A stretch of 64,000 nt of DNA from Kofleriaceae bacterium (GCA_046597055.1 JBKJLC010000131.1:1-64000); one strand, 5' to 3'. Positions 42,192 to 55,380 are shown, counted from the first letter of the stretch. Translations and numbers: made by a program. Notes: generated from the letters alone by a model not told the origin.

Positions 42192-43453
42192 ACCCGCCCC
42201 GCGTTCACCTCGGGATCCGGGAGAACCTCGGGCAGTTCTCGCTGCTCGTCGTCGTCAACGCCTTCGTCGGCGCGATGATCGGGCTCGAGCGCAGCATCTT
42301 GCCGGCGATCGCCGAGGCGGACTTCGGGCTGGCCGCGAAGAGCGCGATCCTTTCCTTCATCGTGGCGTTCGGGGTCACCAAGGCGCTGACCAACTACGTC
42401 GCCGGCCGCCTGTCGGATCGCATCGGCCGCAAGCCGGTGCTGATCGCCGGCTGGCTGGTCGCGGTGCCGGTACCGCTGCTCCTGATGTGGGCGCCGACCT
42501 GGGGTTGGGTGCTGGTCGCGAACGGGTTCCTCGGCGTCAGCCAGGGGCTCACCTGGTCGACGACCGTGATCATGAAGATCGATCTCGCGGGCGCCAAGCG
42601 CCGCGGCCTGGCGATGGGGCTCAACGAGTTCGCCGGCTACTTCGCCGTGGCGGTGAGCGCGCTCGCGACCGGCTGGATCGCGGCCCGCTACGGCCTGCGA
42701 CCGGAGCCGTTTTATCTCGGGGTCGGTTATGTGGCCCTGGGCCTGGGCCTGTCGGTGTTCCTGGTGCGCGAGACGATCGGCCACGTGAACCACGAATCGC
42801 GAGTCCACGGTGAGCTGCCGTCGGACGGAGCCCCCACCCAGCGCGAGGTGTTCTGGCGGACGACGCTCTTCGACCGGAACTTGTCGAGCGTCACCCAGGC
42901 CGGGCTCGTCAACAACCTGAACGACGGCATGGCGTGGGGCCTGTTCCCGCTGTTCTTCGCGGCCGCGAAGATGAGCCTCGACCAGATCGCGATCCTCGCG
43001 GCGATCTATCCGGCGACCTGGGGCCTGGCCCAGCTGGGGACCGGCGCGTGGTCCGATCACGTCGGGCGCAAGCGGCTGATCGTCGCCGGCATGTGGATCC
43101 AGGCAGTCGGCATCGTCGTGGTGGTGCTGGCGGGCGGCTTCCTCGGGTTCGCGGCCGGGGCCGCGCTGCTGGGGGTCGGCACGGCCTTTGTCTACCCGAC
43201 GCTGCTCGCGGCGATCGGCGATGTCGCCCATCCGTCGTGGCGCGCGTCGTCGGTGGGCGTGTATCGCCTGTGGCGCGACCTCGGCTACGCGATCGGTGCC
43301 GTGCTGGCCGGCCTCGCCGCCGATGCGTTCGGGCTGTCGGCCGCGATGGGGATCATCGCCGGCCTGACGTTCGTCTCGGGTGCGCTGGTGGCGCTTCGCA
43401 TGACCGAGACGCTGCCGCGCGCCCCAGCAGGGCAAGCCGCCTTGCGCGCCTGA
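42188..43453 (+). CDS. MFS transporter
   Basis: About 12 TM segments, GRLSDRIGRK and WSDHVGRK motifs; ATGA overlap. Confidence 0.92.
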   Translation: MNPPRVHLGIRENLGQFSLLVVVNAFVGAMIGLERSILPAIAEADFGLAAKSAILSFIVAFGVTKALTNYVAGRLSDRIGRKPVLIAGWLVAVPVPLLLMWAPTWGWVLVANGFLGVSQGLTWSTTVIMKIDLAGAKRRGLAMGLNEFAGYFAVAVSALATGWIAARYGLRPEPFYLGVGYVALGLGLSVFLVRETIGHVNHESRVHGELPSDGAPTQREVFWRTTLFDRNLSSVTQAGLVNNLNDGMAWGLFPLFFAAAKMSLDQIAILAAIYPATWGLAQLGTGAWSDHVGRKRLIVAGMWIQAVGIVVVVLAGGFLGFAAGAALLGVGTAFVYPTLLAAIGDVAHPSWRASSVGVYRLWRDLGYAIGAVLAGLAADAFGLSAAMGIIAGLTFVSGALVALRMTETLPRAPAGQAALRA

Positions 43454-43527
43454 ACCCTGCCATCGGTGTTCGCCATCGGGCAGTCGGAAGCTGGCTGGCA
43501 GGTCGTCCGGGGCGAACGGGAGAGACC

Positions 43528-43556
43528 TTGCTGCGGCGGCATCGGTCCGGTACAAC
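43528..43556 (+). promoter_or_regulatory. Putative sigma-70 promoter, leaderless
   Basis: TTGCTG-N17-TACAAC, with ATG 7 nt downstream at 43563. Confidence 0.45.
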
Positions 43557-43559
43557 CGC

Positions 43560-43883
43560 ATGATGGTTCGGGCCTTTCTCGTCCTCGTGCTGACCGTCCT
43601 GGTCGGCTGCGGGTTCGTGGGCACGGGCCTCGACGGTGCCTGCACCGTCGACGATTGCGAGGCCGAGCGCGGCGACGACGACCCGGGCGCGGGTGCGGGT
43701 CAGGGCGAGTCGGACGATTGCCCCCCGTTCTGCAGTGGTTGCGTGCGCTTGCCGGTGCACACCGTCCCGCGCGTCGCGATCCAGGACGTGCCGGTTCGCG
43801 TGGCACCGATCACGACCGTGAGCCTCGTGGTGACGCCCTCGGCTCCTCCTCGGAGCGGGTTGTTCCGACCGCCGCGCGCCTGA
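43560..43883 (+). CDS. Secreted Cys-rich uORF with C-terminal RPP (CzcI/DUF2946-like leader)
   Basis: Hydrophobic N-terminus, CPPFCSGC, ends LFRPPRA; precedes the third RND operon. Confidence 0.78.
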   Translation: MMVRAFLVLVLTVLVGCGFVGTGLDGACTVDDCEAERGDDDPGAGAGQGESDDCPPFCSGCVRLPVHTVPRVAIQDVPVRVAPITTVSLVVTPSAPPRSGLFRPPRA

Positions 43884-43929
43884 GCGCGTCGCGAACCCAT
43901 CGGATATCAATCGTCTCGAGGAGAAGACC

Positions 43930-44289
43930 ATGAAGCGTCTCATCGTCATCGCGTTTTCGGCCGTCATGTCACTCGCCGCCTGCGACAAGGGCGGCGGCCA
44001 AGCCACCAAGCATACCGAGGCCGCTGGCGCGGCTGGGAAACCCGCGCAACCTGCTGGCACGCCGGCTCAGCCCGCCCAGCACGCCGCGGCGGCGGTGAAG
44101 CCCGGCTCGCACGAGGACTGGTGCGGCGAGCACGCCGTGGCCGAGTCGCAGTGCACCCGCTGCAACGCGGAGCTCACGCCGGCGTTCAAGGCGACCGGCG
44201 ACTGGTGCGAAGAGCACGGGTTGCCCGAGTCGCAGTGCCTCAAGTGCAACCCGGACCTCAAGATCGTCCGGCCGCCCAAGGCCGAGTAG
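43930..44289 (+). CDS. Small lipoprotein with two CxEHx3Ex2Cx2C repeats (putative metallochaperone)
   Basis: Lipobox LAAC; WCGEHAVAESQCTRC and WCEEHGLPESQCLKC. Confidence 0.85.
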   Translation: MKRLIVIAFSAVMSLAACDKGGGQATKHTEAAGAAGKPAQPAGTPAQPAQHAAAAVKPGSHEDWCGEHAVAESQCTRCNAELTPAFKATGDWCEEHGLPESQCLKCNPDLKIVRPPKAE

Positions 44290-44292
44290 CCG

Positions 44293-45639
44293 ATGCGCTC
44301 GAAACGTCTGGGCGCGGCCGCGATGATCATCGCGGTGCTGGGCACGCTCGCGTGCGGACCGGGCTCCCCCGCCGAGCAGCAGCCGGCCGCGCAAGCGGCG
44401 GCGGTCGAGGGTGCCATGTGCGCGGAGCACGGCGTGCTCGAGGCGATCTGCACCAAGTGCAACCCGAAGTTGATCCCGGTGTTCCAGGCCAAGGGCGACT
44501 GGTGCCCGGAGCACGGCTTCCCGGAGTCGATCTGCCCCATCTGTCATCCCGAGCGTGGCGGCAAGCCGGCCGGCGACGTCGGCAGCGATGCTGCGCCCGC
44601 CGATGGGACCAAGGTCCGGCTGAAGTCGCCGGACACGGCGCGGGTCGCGGGCATCACCACCATGACCGCCGAGGCCTCGCGCGAGGGCGCGCGACTCGAG
44701 GTGGTGGCGACCCTCTCGTATGACGCGCGGAAGCGCGCCGAGGTCAACGCGCGTGCGGCCGGGGTCGTGCGCACGCTGCACGTGGATGTCGGCGAGGTCG
44801 TCAAGGCGGGCGCCCCGCTCGCCACGATCGACAGCGCGTCGGTCGGCACCGATCGCTCGCGGCTGGCGGCGTCGTCGTCGCGGGTCCGGATCGCCGAGCA
44901 GAACCACGAGCGCGAAACGGCGCTCGAGCGCACGGGCGTGTCGTCGCAGCGCGAGGTGCTCGATGCGCTGCAGGAGCTCGAGGCGGCGCGGGCCGACCGG
45001 CTCGGCGCGGTCGCGGCCCTGGGCGCGGTCGGCGGCGGCGCCCACGGCAGCAGCTACGTGCTGCGAAGCCCGCTCACCGGCACCGTCACCGGGCGCCAGG
45101 CCACGATCGGTCACATGGTCGACCTCGAGGAGATCCTGTTCGAGATCGTCGACGTCTCCAGCATGCGCGCCGAGCTCGAGATCCCGGAGTCCGAGCTCGG
45201 CCTGGTCCGGGTCGGACAGGCGGTGACCCTGGTCGTCGACGGCCTGGGCGAGCGCGAGCTGGCCGGACGGATCGACTACATCGCCCCCGAGATCGGCCGC
45301 GAGACCCGCACGGCGAAGGCGCGCGTGATCCTCGACAACCCCGACGGCGCCCTGCGCGCGAACATGTTCGCCCGCGCCCGGATCGCGCTCGGCGCAGCGC
45401 GGCCCAGCGTGATGATCTCGCGGGACGCGCTCCAGCGCGCCGGCGCGGTCCCGCTCGCGTTCGTCGAGCTCGCGGTCGGCGAGTACGAGACCCGCCGGGT
45501 CAAGGTCGGGCGCACCGACGGCGACCAGGTCGAGATCCTCACCGGCGTGAAGCCCGGGGAGCGGGTGGTCATCAAGGGAAGCTTCCTGCTCAAGACCGAG
45601 ACGCTGAAGGGCAGCATCGGCGCCGGCTGCTGCGAGTGA
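44293..45639 (+). CDS. RND periplasmic adaptor with N-terminal Cys/His repeats
   Basis: Lipobox; two CxEH..CxxC repeats; LRSPLTG, TRTAKARV..DNPDG.LR.NMF; ends GAGCCE. Confidence 0.92.
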   Translation: MRSKRLGAAAMIIAVLGTLACGPGSPAEQQPAAQAAAVEGAMCAEHGVLEAICTKCNPKLIPVFQAKGDWCPEHGFPESICPICHPERGGKPAGDVGSDAAPADGTKVRLKSPDTARVAGITTMTAEASREGARLEVVATLSYDARKRAEVNARAAGVVRTLHVDVGEVVKAGAPLATIDSASVGTDRSRLAASSSRVRIAEQNHERETALERTGVSSQREVLDALQELEAARADRLGAVAALGAVGGGAHGSSYVLRSPLTGTVTGRQATIGHMVDLEEILFEIVDVSSMRAELEIPESELGLVRVGQAVTLVVDGLGERELAGRIDYIAPEIGRETRTAKARVILDNPDGALRANMFARARIALGAARPSVMISRDALQRAGAVPLAFVELAVGEYETRRVKVGRTDGDQVEILTGVKPGERVVIKGSFLLKTETLKGSIGAGCCE

Positions 45640-45646
45640 GCGCGTC

Positions 45647-48711
<3,065 letters not shown>

Positions 48712-48715
<4 letters not shown>

Positions 48716-49260
48716 GACGGCCGGTCCGGATCGCCGCGATCGCGCTCGCGGTGATCGCGCTCCAGGCCGTGGCCGTGGTCGGCTACCTCCGGATCGAGGG
48801 CGCGCGCCGGGTCGCGTCCGGGTTCGCGGTGACCCGGTTGCCCGGCACGCCGGCGCCGTCGCTCATCGTCCTGCGACCGGACGGCACCGAGCTCGACCTG
48901 GCGACCCCACGCCCCCGCGTGCGCCTGGTCCACTTCTGGGCGACCTGGTGCGGACCGTGCCGCACCGAGCTGCCCGCGCTGCTGGCGCGCGCCGCCGAGG
49001 TCGACGGGCTCGAGCTGCTCGCGGTGTCGGTCGACGACGACTGGGACGTCGTCCGCGGGTTCTTCCCGCGCGGCCTGCCCGCCGAGGTGGTGCGCCTGCG
49101 CGACCCCGGCGCGCACCGCCGCTACGGCACCCAGGCCCTGCCCGACTCGTACGTCCTCACCCCCGATGGCCGCGTGGTCGAGCAGATCGCTGGCGCCCGT
49201 GACTGGTCCCGCCCTGACGCCCGCCAGTACCTCCGCGCGCTGGCGACCCGGTGGCCATGA
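48712..49260 (+). CDS. TlpA/ResA-like thiol-disulfide oxidoreductase
   Basis: N-terminal TM, HFWATWCGPC..ELP, LP.SY. Confidence 0.88.
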
Positions 49261-49294
49261 CCCGCCGCACGCGCGTCGCCGCGAGGCGGCCCGC

Positions 49295-49675
49295 TCAACG
49301 ATAGGGCGCGCCCGGCGGTCGGCCCGGCAGCCGCGAGATCCGCTCGCCGTCGACCGGGATCGTCCCCGGATCCTTCACGTACCACTCGATGAGGCCGCAC
49401 CCGGCGCAGATGTACGCCTCGATGAGGCCGATCGGCTTCGGGGTCCAGTTGTCCGTCTGGGCGATCGCCATCGGCGCCGGGATGCCCAGGTGGCTGCGAT
49501 CGAGCATCTTGTCGGCGCGCAGGATGACGTCGCCGTCACACGCGCGACACCGGCCCTGGGCTCGCATCGTCCGATCGCGGACGGCGTGGGCCTCGTCGAG
49601 CTGCGCGCGCAACGAGGCGAGCTCGGTCTCGAGCGCGGCCAGCCGCGCGATCACGGGGTCGTCAGAGTTGGCCAT
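49295..49675 (-). CDS. Zinc-ribbon hypothetical protein
   Basis: Coiled-coil N-terminus, CRAC...CAGCGLIEWY. Confidence 0.7.
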   Translation of the reverse strand: MANSDDPVIARLAALETELASLRAQLDEAHAVRDRTMRAQGRCRACDGDVILRADKMLDRSHLGIPAPMAIAQTDNWTPKPIGLIEAYICAGCGLIEWYVKDPGTIPVDGERISRLPGRPPGAPYR

Positions 49676-49727
49676 GGCATCGCGGTACCTCGGGCGCCCG
49701 AGGTCGTCAACCGTGGACCGTCGACGG

Positions 49728-52700
49728 TCAGAACCGACCGGACAGCACGAGGCCGCCGCCGCCGCGACCGACCACCGGGGTGACCTTCACGCCGTGGACC
49801 GCAGGGGCCTGGGCGCGTCGCTCCTGACGCTGGTTGTACGCCTCGGCGATGGCGCGCAGCTCGTCCTGGTCCGGGATGCCGCGCGGCATCACCGTGCTGC
49901 TGGCGGCGGCGAGGCCGCCGATCAGGACCAACCCGACGGCGCGCTGGCTCACCCCGCTGTTGTGGGCCTCGCAGGCGGCCTCCTCGCGAGCCGGCAATGA
50001 CTTGCAGTCGTCCTGCGTGTACGCGGCGACCGCGGCGCCCGCGATCGTCGCGATCCCACCGACCAGCATCCCGCGTCGCAGCCAGTGGTAGTTGCGCATC
50101 CGGTCCCGCACGTCGTCGCGTCCGCCGATGTGGAGGAACTCGCCGAGGGTGAGCTTCCGGTCGCCGAGGAAGAAGCCGTCTTCGCGGGGGCCGCGAATCG
50201 CGTCCTTGCTGCCCAGCGCCAGGCGCGGGCCCGGCTCGGCCGCCGCGGGCCCGGGGGTCGGCGCGGGCGGCGCGGTCGGCGCGGGCGGCGCGGTCGGCCG
50301 GTCGGTCGCGGGCGGCGACTCGGTCGCGGGCGCCGCGGCGCGGTGCGAGGCGAGCCGCTCGGGCTCGACCTGCAGGCTCGCGAACGCGCGGTCGAGCGTC
50401 GCGCGGCGCCCGCGCAACTGCACGACCATGCGGGCCTCGGCCAGATCGGCCGTGGCGACGCGGCCGAGCGCGGCCGGCGTCAGGGCCGCGACCTCGCGCG
50501 CCAGCTGGGCCGCGTACTCGCTCGACAGCTGACGTTCGGCCAGATCGGCGCGCTGCGCGGCGATCGCGCGGGCGCCGCCGGTCCGCGCCAGCACCTCGCC
50601 GAGGACCTTGCGGCGGGCCCGCACGAACGACGCGCGCTCGCCGGCCGCGCCGTCGCGCAGGCGTGCGATCCCGGAGAGCACGCGGCTGGCGGCGGCGCCG
50701 GCCTGCTGCTCGTCGACGTCACCGTGGACCACCAGCGCGTGACCGGCGGCGCCGCCGATGTAGGCGGCGTGGATCCCGTAGCTGGCGCCCATCCCCTCGC
50801 GCACGACGCGGACCTCGTCGCCGAGCATCTCGGCGAGCACCGCCCGCGCCGCGGCATCGCGCATCGGATCCGAGGCGGCCGCGAAGCCGATGGTCAGGCC
50901 GACCTGCACGCGGCCGGACTCCTCGAGGGCCAACCAGCTCGGACCGGCGGCCGGCCGGGTGGTCGGGATCGCCGGACGCGCTGCCGGCGCGCGCCCCGAC
51001 CACGGCCCGAACAGCTCGTCGATCTCGCGCTTCATCTTCACCGGGTCGAACCCACCGCTCACGATCAGCGTCGCGCTGCGCGCGCGATAGTGGGCGTCGC
51101 GCCACGCCTGCAGGTCGCGGGCCCGCAGGCGCAGGAACGCCGCCCCGGTGGCCGGCGGCGCCGCCACGTAGGGGTGGCCCTCGCCGAACAGCCGGCTGGC
51201 GAACGTGCGCGCCTCGGCCGACCCGTCGTCCTGGGCGTCGCGGCGCTGCTCGGCGCGGGTCAGGTCCCGGCCGACCCGGTGCAGCGCCTGGATGTGCACG
51301 TCGTTGTAGCGGCCCTGCTCGAGCAGCCACGACAGGTACCAGACGTGCCAGTCGGACCACTGGGCGACGCCGCCGACCGAGAAGGTGGTCGCGGTCTCCG
51401 ACACGTCGACGTCGGTGGCGGTGCCGCGCGACATCGCGTACCCGAGCTTCCGGATCTCGGCGTCGTCGTAGTACCCCTCGATGTCGTTGTGGAGCATCAC
51501 CGCGGCGGCGGTCGCCAGGTGCGGCCGGTCGCGCGGCTCGTCGGCGCGCCCGATCGGGAAGACCAGGCGGGCGTCGAGCACCGGGCTGGACGGGTCGGGC
51601 GCGAGCTCCACGGTCAGGCCGTTGGCGAGCTGGTATCGTTCGATGCGGCGGTCGAGCGGCTGCTCGCTCACGGCCAGCGACCGGTCGGCCTCGGCGGCAT
51701 CGACCGGCGCCCGCCACGGCACCTGATCGTGCGAGCCGGCCGGGATCGCCTTGGCCGTCGTGCCGGTCCGCGCCGCGGCGCTCGGCATCAGCAGCGCGAC
51801 GTGGCTGTTGGCGAGCGTGAACCGGGCGCGCACCGCCCGGCTGGCGTCCCGCCAGTCGTGGGCGTCGAGCGCGCGCATCTCCTGCAACATGAACGAGTTG
51901 TGATTCGCGTACTGCAAGAAGTCGGCGAGCCAGGCGCCGCGCGCGCCCTGCTCGTCCCAGGTCTGCAGGTAGCTCAGCTGTAGGTCGGGATCGGGTTTCA
52001 GCCGCAGCCGGGCGCAGCGCGCAAAGATCTTCTCGGCGGCGGCGTCGAGGTACCCCGCGCTGGTGACCTCGACCGCGGCGACCAGCACCGGGTGACGCCC
52101 CCCACCGAGGACGAAGACGCTGGTGTCGGCGATCCACGCGTGCGCGTCGTCGGCGTCGGCCAGCGCGGCCGCGAGCGCCCGGCGCGCCAGCATGTAGGTG
52201 GCCGTGTCGTCGGCGTGGAGGCTCGGGAACGGCAGGAACACCATCGCGGTGGGGCGCTGGATCGGCGCGGCATGCCGGCTGATCGTCCCGTCGAGCTTGG
52301 GCATCGCGACCGCCGCGCGGCGACCGCTGCGGCGGGTGAGCGGGCCGAACGCGTTGCCGATGGTCTGGGCCAGCACGTCGGGGTCGAACGGTCCGGTGAC
52401 GACCAGGATCGCGCGGTCAGGTGCGTAGTGCGTGTGTATGAAGGCGCAGGCATCGGCCCGGGTCGCGGTCGCGACCTCGGCGGAGGCGATCTTGCGCGCA
52501 TAGGGGTGGTCGGCGCCGCCGTAGACATCGGCGAGCACACCGAACAACGCGTCGGCGAGCGGCGACCGGCCCTCGGCCTCCTCGGCGAGCACCACGTCGC
52601 GCTCGCGCTGAAACGTCGCCTCGTCGAGCTGGGCGCACGAGGCGCGCATGCGCTGCGCTTCGAGGGCGATGACCTCGTCGAGGCGCTCGATCGGCACCGT

Positions 52701-53096
52701 CGCGGTGAAGTGCGTCGAATCCCACGTCGTCGAGGCGTTCGAGTGGAGCGTGCGCTCGCCGAGCTCGGCGCCGAGCGTCGGACCGCCGGGGCGGGCCCGC
52801 ACCTCGAACAGCAGGTGCTCCACCAGGTGCGCGAGGCCGGCCTTGCCGGCGGGGTCCTCGGCCGCCCCGACCAGGTAGCGCATGTCGACGGTGGCGAGGT
52901 TGGTGCGATCGTCGCGGAGCAGCGCGACCCGCATGCCGCTCTTGACCCTGAACAGCTGGATGTCGTGCTTGAAGCTGAACGGGCGCGCGTCGCGGACCAG
53001 GCTCCCGTAGCGCGGGGCCGCCGCCCACCGCGCGCAGGACGCGGTCGAGACCACGAGGACGAGGGCGAGCAGCAGGCGGACGGTCGTGCCGGACAT
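49728..53096 (-). CDS. M16 family (insulinase-like) metallopeptidase with extra C-terminal module
   Basis: DP.GK.GLAHLVEHLLF (HxxEH), NA.T..D.T.F, second M16 half LANGLTV; tail GGGGLVLSGRF. Confidence 0.9.
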   Translation of the reverse strand: MSGTTVRLLLALVLVVSTASCARWAAAPRYGSLVRDARPFSFKHDIQLFRVKSGMRVALLRDDRTNLATVDMRYLVGAAEDPAGKAGLAHLVEHLLFEVRARPGGPTLGAELGERTLHSNASTTWDSTHFTATVPIERLDEVIALEAQRMRASCAQLDEATFQRERDVVLAEEAEGRSPLADALFGVLADVYGGADHPYARKIASAEVATATRADACAFIHTHYAPDRAILVVTGPFDPDVLAQTIGNAFGPLTRRSGRRAAVAMPKLDGTISRHAAPIQRPTAMVFLPFPSLHADDTATYMLARRALAAALADADDAHAWIADTSVFVLGGGRHPVLVAAVEVTSAGYLDAAAEKIFARCARLRLKPDPDLQLSYLQTWDEQGARGAWLADFLQYANHNSFMLQEMRALDAHDWRDASRAVRARFTLANSHVALLMPSAAARTGTTAKAIPAGSHDQVPWRAPVDAAEADRSLAVSEQPLDRRIERYQLANGLTVELAPDPSSPVLDARLVFPIGRADEPRDRPHLATAAAVMLHNDIEGYYDDAEIRKLGYAMSRGTATDVDVSETATTFSVGGVAQWSDWHVWYLSWLLEQGRYNDVHIQALHRVGRDLTRAEQRRDAQDDGSAEARTFASRLFGEGHPYVAAPPATGAAFLRLRARDLQAWRDAHYRARSATLIVSGGFDPVKMKREIDELFGPWSGRAPAARPAIPTTRPAAGPSWLALEESGRVQVGLTIGFAAASDPMRDAAARAVLAEMLGDEVRVVREGMGASYGIHAAYIGGAAGHALVVHGDVDEQQAGAAASRVLSGIARLRDGAAGERASFVRARRKVLGEVLARTGGARAIAAQRADLAERQLSSEYAAQLAREVAALTPAALGRVATADLAEARMVVQLRGRRATLDRAFASLQVEPERLASHRAAAPATESPPATDRPTAPPAPTAPPAPTPGPAAAEPGPRLALGSKDAIRGPREDGFFLGDRKLTLGEFLHIGGRDDVRDRMRNYHWLRRGMLVGGIATIAGAAVAAYTQDDCKSLPAREEAACEAHNSGVSQRAVGLVLIGGLAAASSTVMPRGIPDQDELRAIAEAYNQRQERRAQAPAVHGVKVTPVVGRGGGGLVLSGRF

Positions 53097-53216
53097 GACC
53101 GCGTATACCGAGTGATCGGGACCGGTCGACAGTTGCGACAGGCGGCAACCGACGGCAGTCGACGGCACTCGCAGGGCTCGTGGCCGTTGCCGATCGATCG
53201 TCGGCGCGAGGCGGCG

Positions 53217-54797
53217 CTACGGCGCAGGGGCGGTTGCCGGCGCGGGTGCCGCGGGCGTCCCCGCGGCTCCGTCGGGCGACGCGGCGGCGGCCTCGGCGGC
53301 CAGCCGCGCCTCCTTGAGGCGCTTCTCTCGCTTCCGGATCGTCACACGCTCCTTGGCCTCCTTCACATAGTCGAAGACCGGCGGATCGGGAGTCTTGGCG
53401 TCGTACACGCGCACGACCATCGATCCCTCCACCGGCACCTCGACCTCGCTCCACCCGGCCGGCATGACGGGCTCGGTCCATTGGTATACCCATTTCGCGT
53501 CGAGCGCCGACAGGTTCACGCAGCCGTGGCTGTTCACGTGGCCGAAGCGGTCGTGCCAGTACGCCGCGTGGAAATAGAGGCCCGATCGGAAGCGCGTCGC
53601 CCACGGGACCTCGGACACCTCGTAGTGGGAGGTCTCGCGCTCCTCGGCAGACATCCTGGTGAGCGCCGACTTGGAACGGATCCGGTAGATCGCGGGCGGC
53701 GTGTCCTTCTTGCGCCGGCCCGACGAGAAGAGCGTCACGAAGACCGGCGTGTCGCCGTCGTACGCAATCATCACCTGTTCGTCGCGATCGAGGTCGATCC
53801 ACTTGGCGTGCGCGCCGGCGACGGCGGGCCGCGGCCGGACGCGGGCGACGCGGAGGCTCTTGCGATCGATCCACTGGCCGTCCGCGACGCGGACGAACCC
53901 ACCGACCTCCTCGAGCACCGGCACGGTCGCGCGGTGCTCGAACCTCCCGGCCTCCGGCGCCTTCTTGTCGGCCGCCCCGCGCGCGGTCACCGTCTTGCGA
54001 TCGGCCGCGTACACCCACGCGAACGGCCATGCCGGCGGTGGCGTCGCGACGACGTCGATGCCGGTGAACGTCGACGGACGGAACTTCGTCAGGTCGGTCG
54101 ACGCCACCAGCCCGACGCTGGTCTTCACGTAGTCGACGCCGTCGATGTCGACCGTGTTCTTGTCGTCCTTCGTGACCATGTAGGTCGACTGGGTCTTGGG
54201 CTCGGGCAGCGTGGTTCCGGCGCGCACGGCGTCTTCGGTCGCGTAGCGCGGGGCAGCCTTGTCGATGCTGTAGTAGTCCTGCGGGACGAGCCGCCCGGCG
54301 GGGACGATCGGCAGGCCGGCGGCCAGCGGCGGCTTGGGGCTCGGCCTGGCGTGACGCGCGCACAGCCAGCCGCGCGGCGCGGCAGCGAGCCAGACCTTGC
54401 ACCGCTTGTCGCCGTCGACCGCCACGCCCACCGGCAGCCTGGTCCCCTCGACGATCTTGCCCAGCGGCTCCGACGTCAGATCCGGTTCCGCGTGCGAATG
54501 GGCGTCGCGGCGCAGGACGAGCGAGGCCGTCGTCGTCGGCCATTCGAGCTTCTCCAGCGTCGCGGCATCCGGTGGGGGCGGCACCAGTTCGGGGGCGGCT
54601 GCTGGGGGGCCGGCGGACGCGGCCGGGGGGGGCGCGACGGGCGCGGCGGGCGCCGCATCGGTGGGCGGCTTCGGCGTCGCGACCTGCGGTTGGGTGACCA
54701 CGTCGACGTCGAGGTCGGGACCGGCGGGTCCGCGCTCCCGGCCACCGCCACCACATGCCAGGAGCGCCAGTACCAGGCACGATCCCAGGCGAGTCAT
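53217..54797 (-). CDS. L,D-transpeptidase (YkuD domain) lipoprotein
   Basis: Lipobox LLAC; WIDLD..EQ, TPP..YRI, FHAAYWH..FG..SHGCVNL. Confidence 0.92.
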   Translation of the reverse strand: MTRLGSCLVLALLACGGGGRERGPAGPDLDVDVVTQPQVATPKPPTDAAPAAPVAPPPAASAGPPAAAPELVPPPPDAATLEKLEWPTTTASLVLRRDAHSHAEPDLTSEPLGKIVEGTRLPVGVAVDGDKRCKVWLAAAPRGWLCARHARPSPKPPLAAGLPIVPAGRLVPQDYYSIDKAAPRYATEDAVRAGTTLPEPKTQSTYMVTKDDKNTVDIDGVDYVKTSVGLVASTDLTKFRPSTFTGIDVVATPPPAWPFAWVYAADRKTVTARGAADKKAPEAGRFEHRATVPVLEEVGGFVRVADGQWIDRKSLRVARVRPRPAVAGAHAKWIDLDRDEQVMIAYDGDTPVFVTLFSSGRRKKDTPPAIYRIRSKSALTRMSAEERETSHYEVSEVPWATRFRSGLYFHAAYWHDRFGHVNSHGCVNLSALDAKWVYQWTEPVMPAGWSEVEVPVEGSMVVRVYDAKTPDPPVFDYVKEAKERVTIRKREKRLKEARLAAEAAAASPDGAAGTPAAPAPATAPAP

Positions 54798-54890
54798 TCG
54801 ACCAGTCTCCCACATCTCGCCAGCCCCGATCGGCGCGGATGCGATCGAGCTGTGCCCTCACGCACGCGCAAGCCACCGACACGGGCACGG

Positions 54891-55367
54891 CTACTTGCTC
54901 GTCTCCCCCGTTCCAACCGGTGCCGGGTTCGTTCGGTTCCAGAAGTGGACCCACGGCACCAGCGTCGTCGGATCAGGCGGCGGCGGGCCCGCGCCATCGG
55001 GCTCGCCAGACGACTTGGCCCTCGGCTTGATGGGCGGAATCGGCGCCGTACGGTTCTCGTCGATCGACCACTGTACTCCTGACAGGGTCGTCTTGGACGT
55101 CGAGAACAGGCTCCCGATGATCGCCGCGCCCGTCGCCGCGACGGTCTCCAGCCGACGTGCGCGCCGCGACAACCCCTTGCGGTTCTCGGCGGTCGGCCGT
55201 GCCGACGAGGCCGCCAGCTCCTCGTTGGCCTTGATCGGGTCGGGCGACAGCGTCGACAGATCCCGCTGCACGCCCGGAGTCGCCGAGCCGACGCACCCAC
55301 CGATCAGGACGAGGACCGCGAGCGAGACACCGCGCCGCGACAGCGACCGATCCAATCGGGCACGCAT
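54891..55367 (-). CDS. Hypothetical lipoprotein
   Basis: LAVLVLIGGC lipobox-like; sigma-54 site upstream. Confidence 0.55.
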   Translation of the reverse strand: MRARLDRSLSRRGVSLAVLVLIGGCVGSATPGVQRDLSTLSPDPIKANEELAASSARPTAENRKGLSRRARRLETVAATGAAIIGSLFSTSKTTLSGVQWSIDENRTAPIPPIKPRAKSSGEPDGAGPPPPDPTTLVPWVHFWNRTNPAPVGTGETSK

Positions 55368-55380
55368 GGGCTCTTGTCGA

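Noticed and set aside
44532..44547. CPICH (CxxCH) as a heme c site in the adaptor
   Set aside because: The three sister repeats have CxxCN, so it is better explained as part of the metal-binding repeat
50257..50298. 18-bp tandem repeat
   Set aside because: Encodes a PTAPPA linker inside the M16 gene; not CRISPR-like
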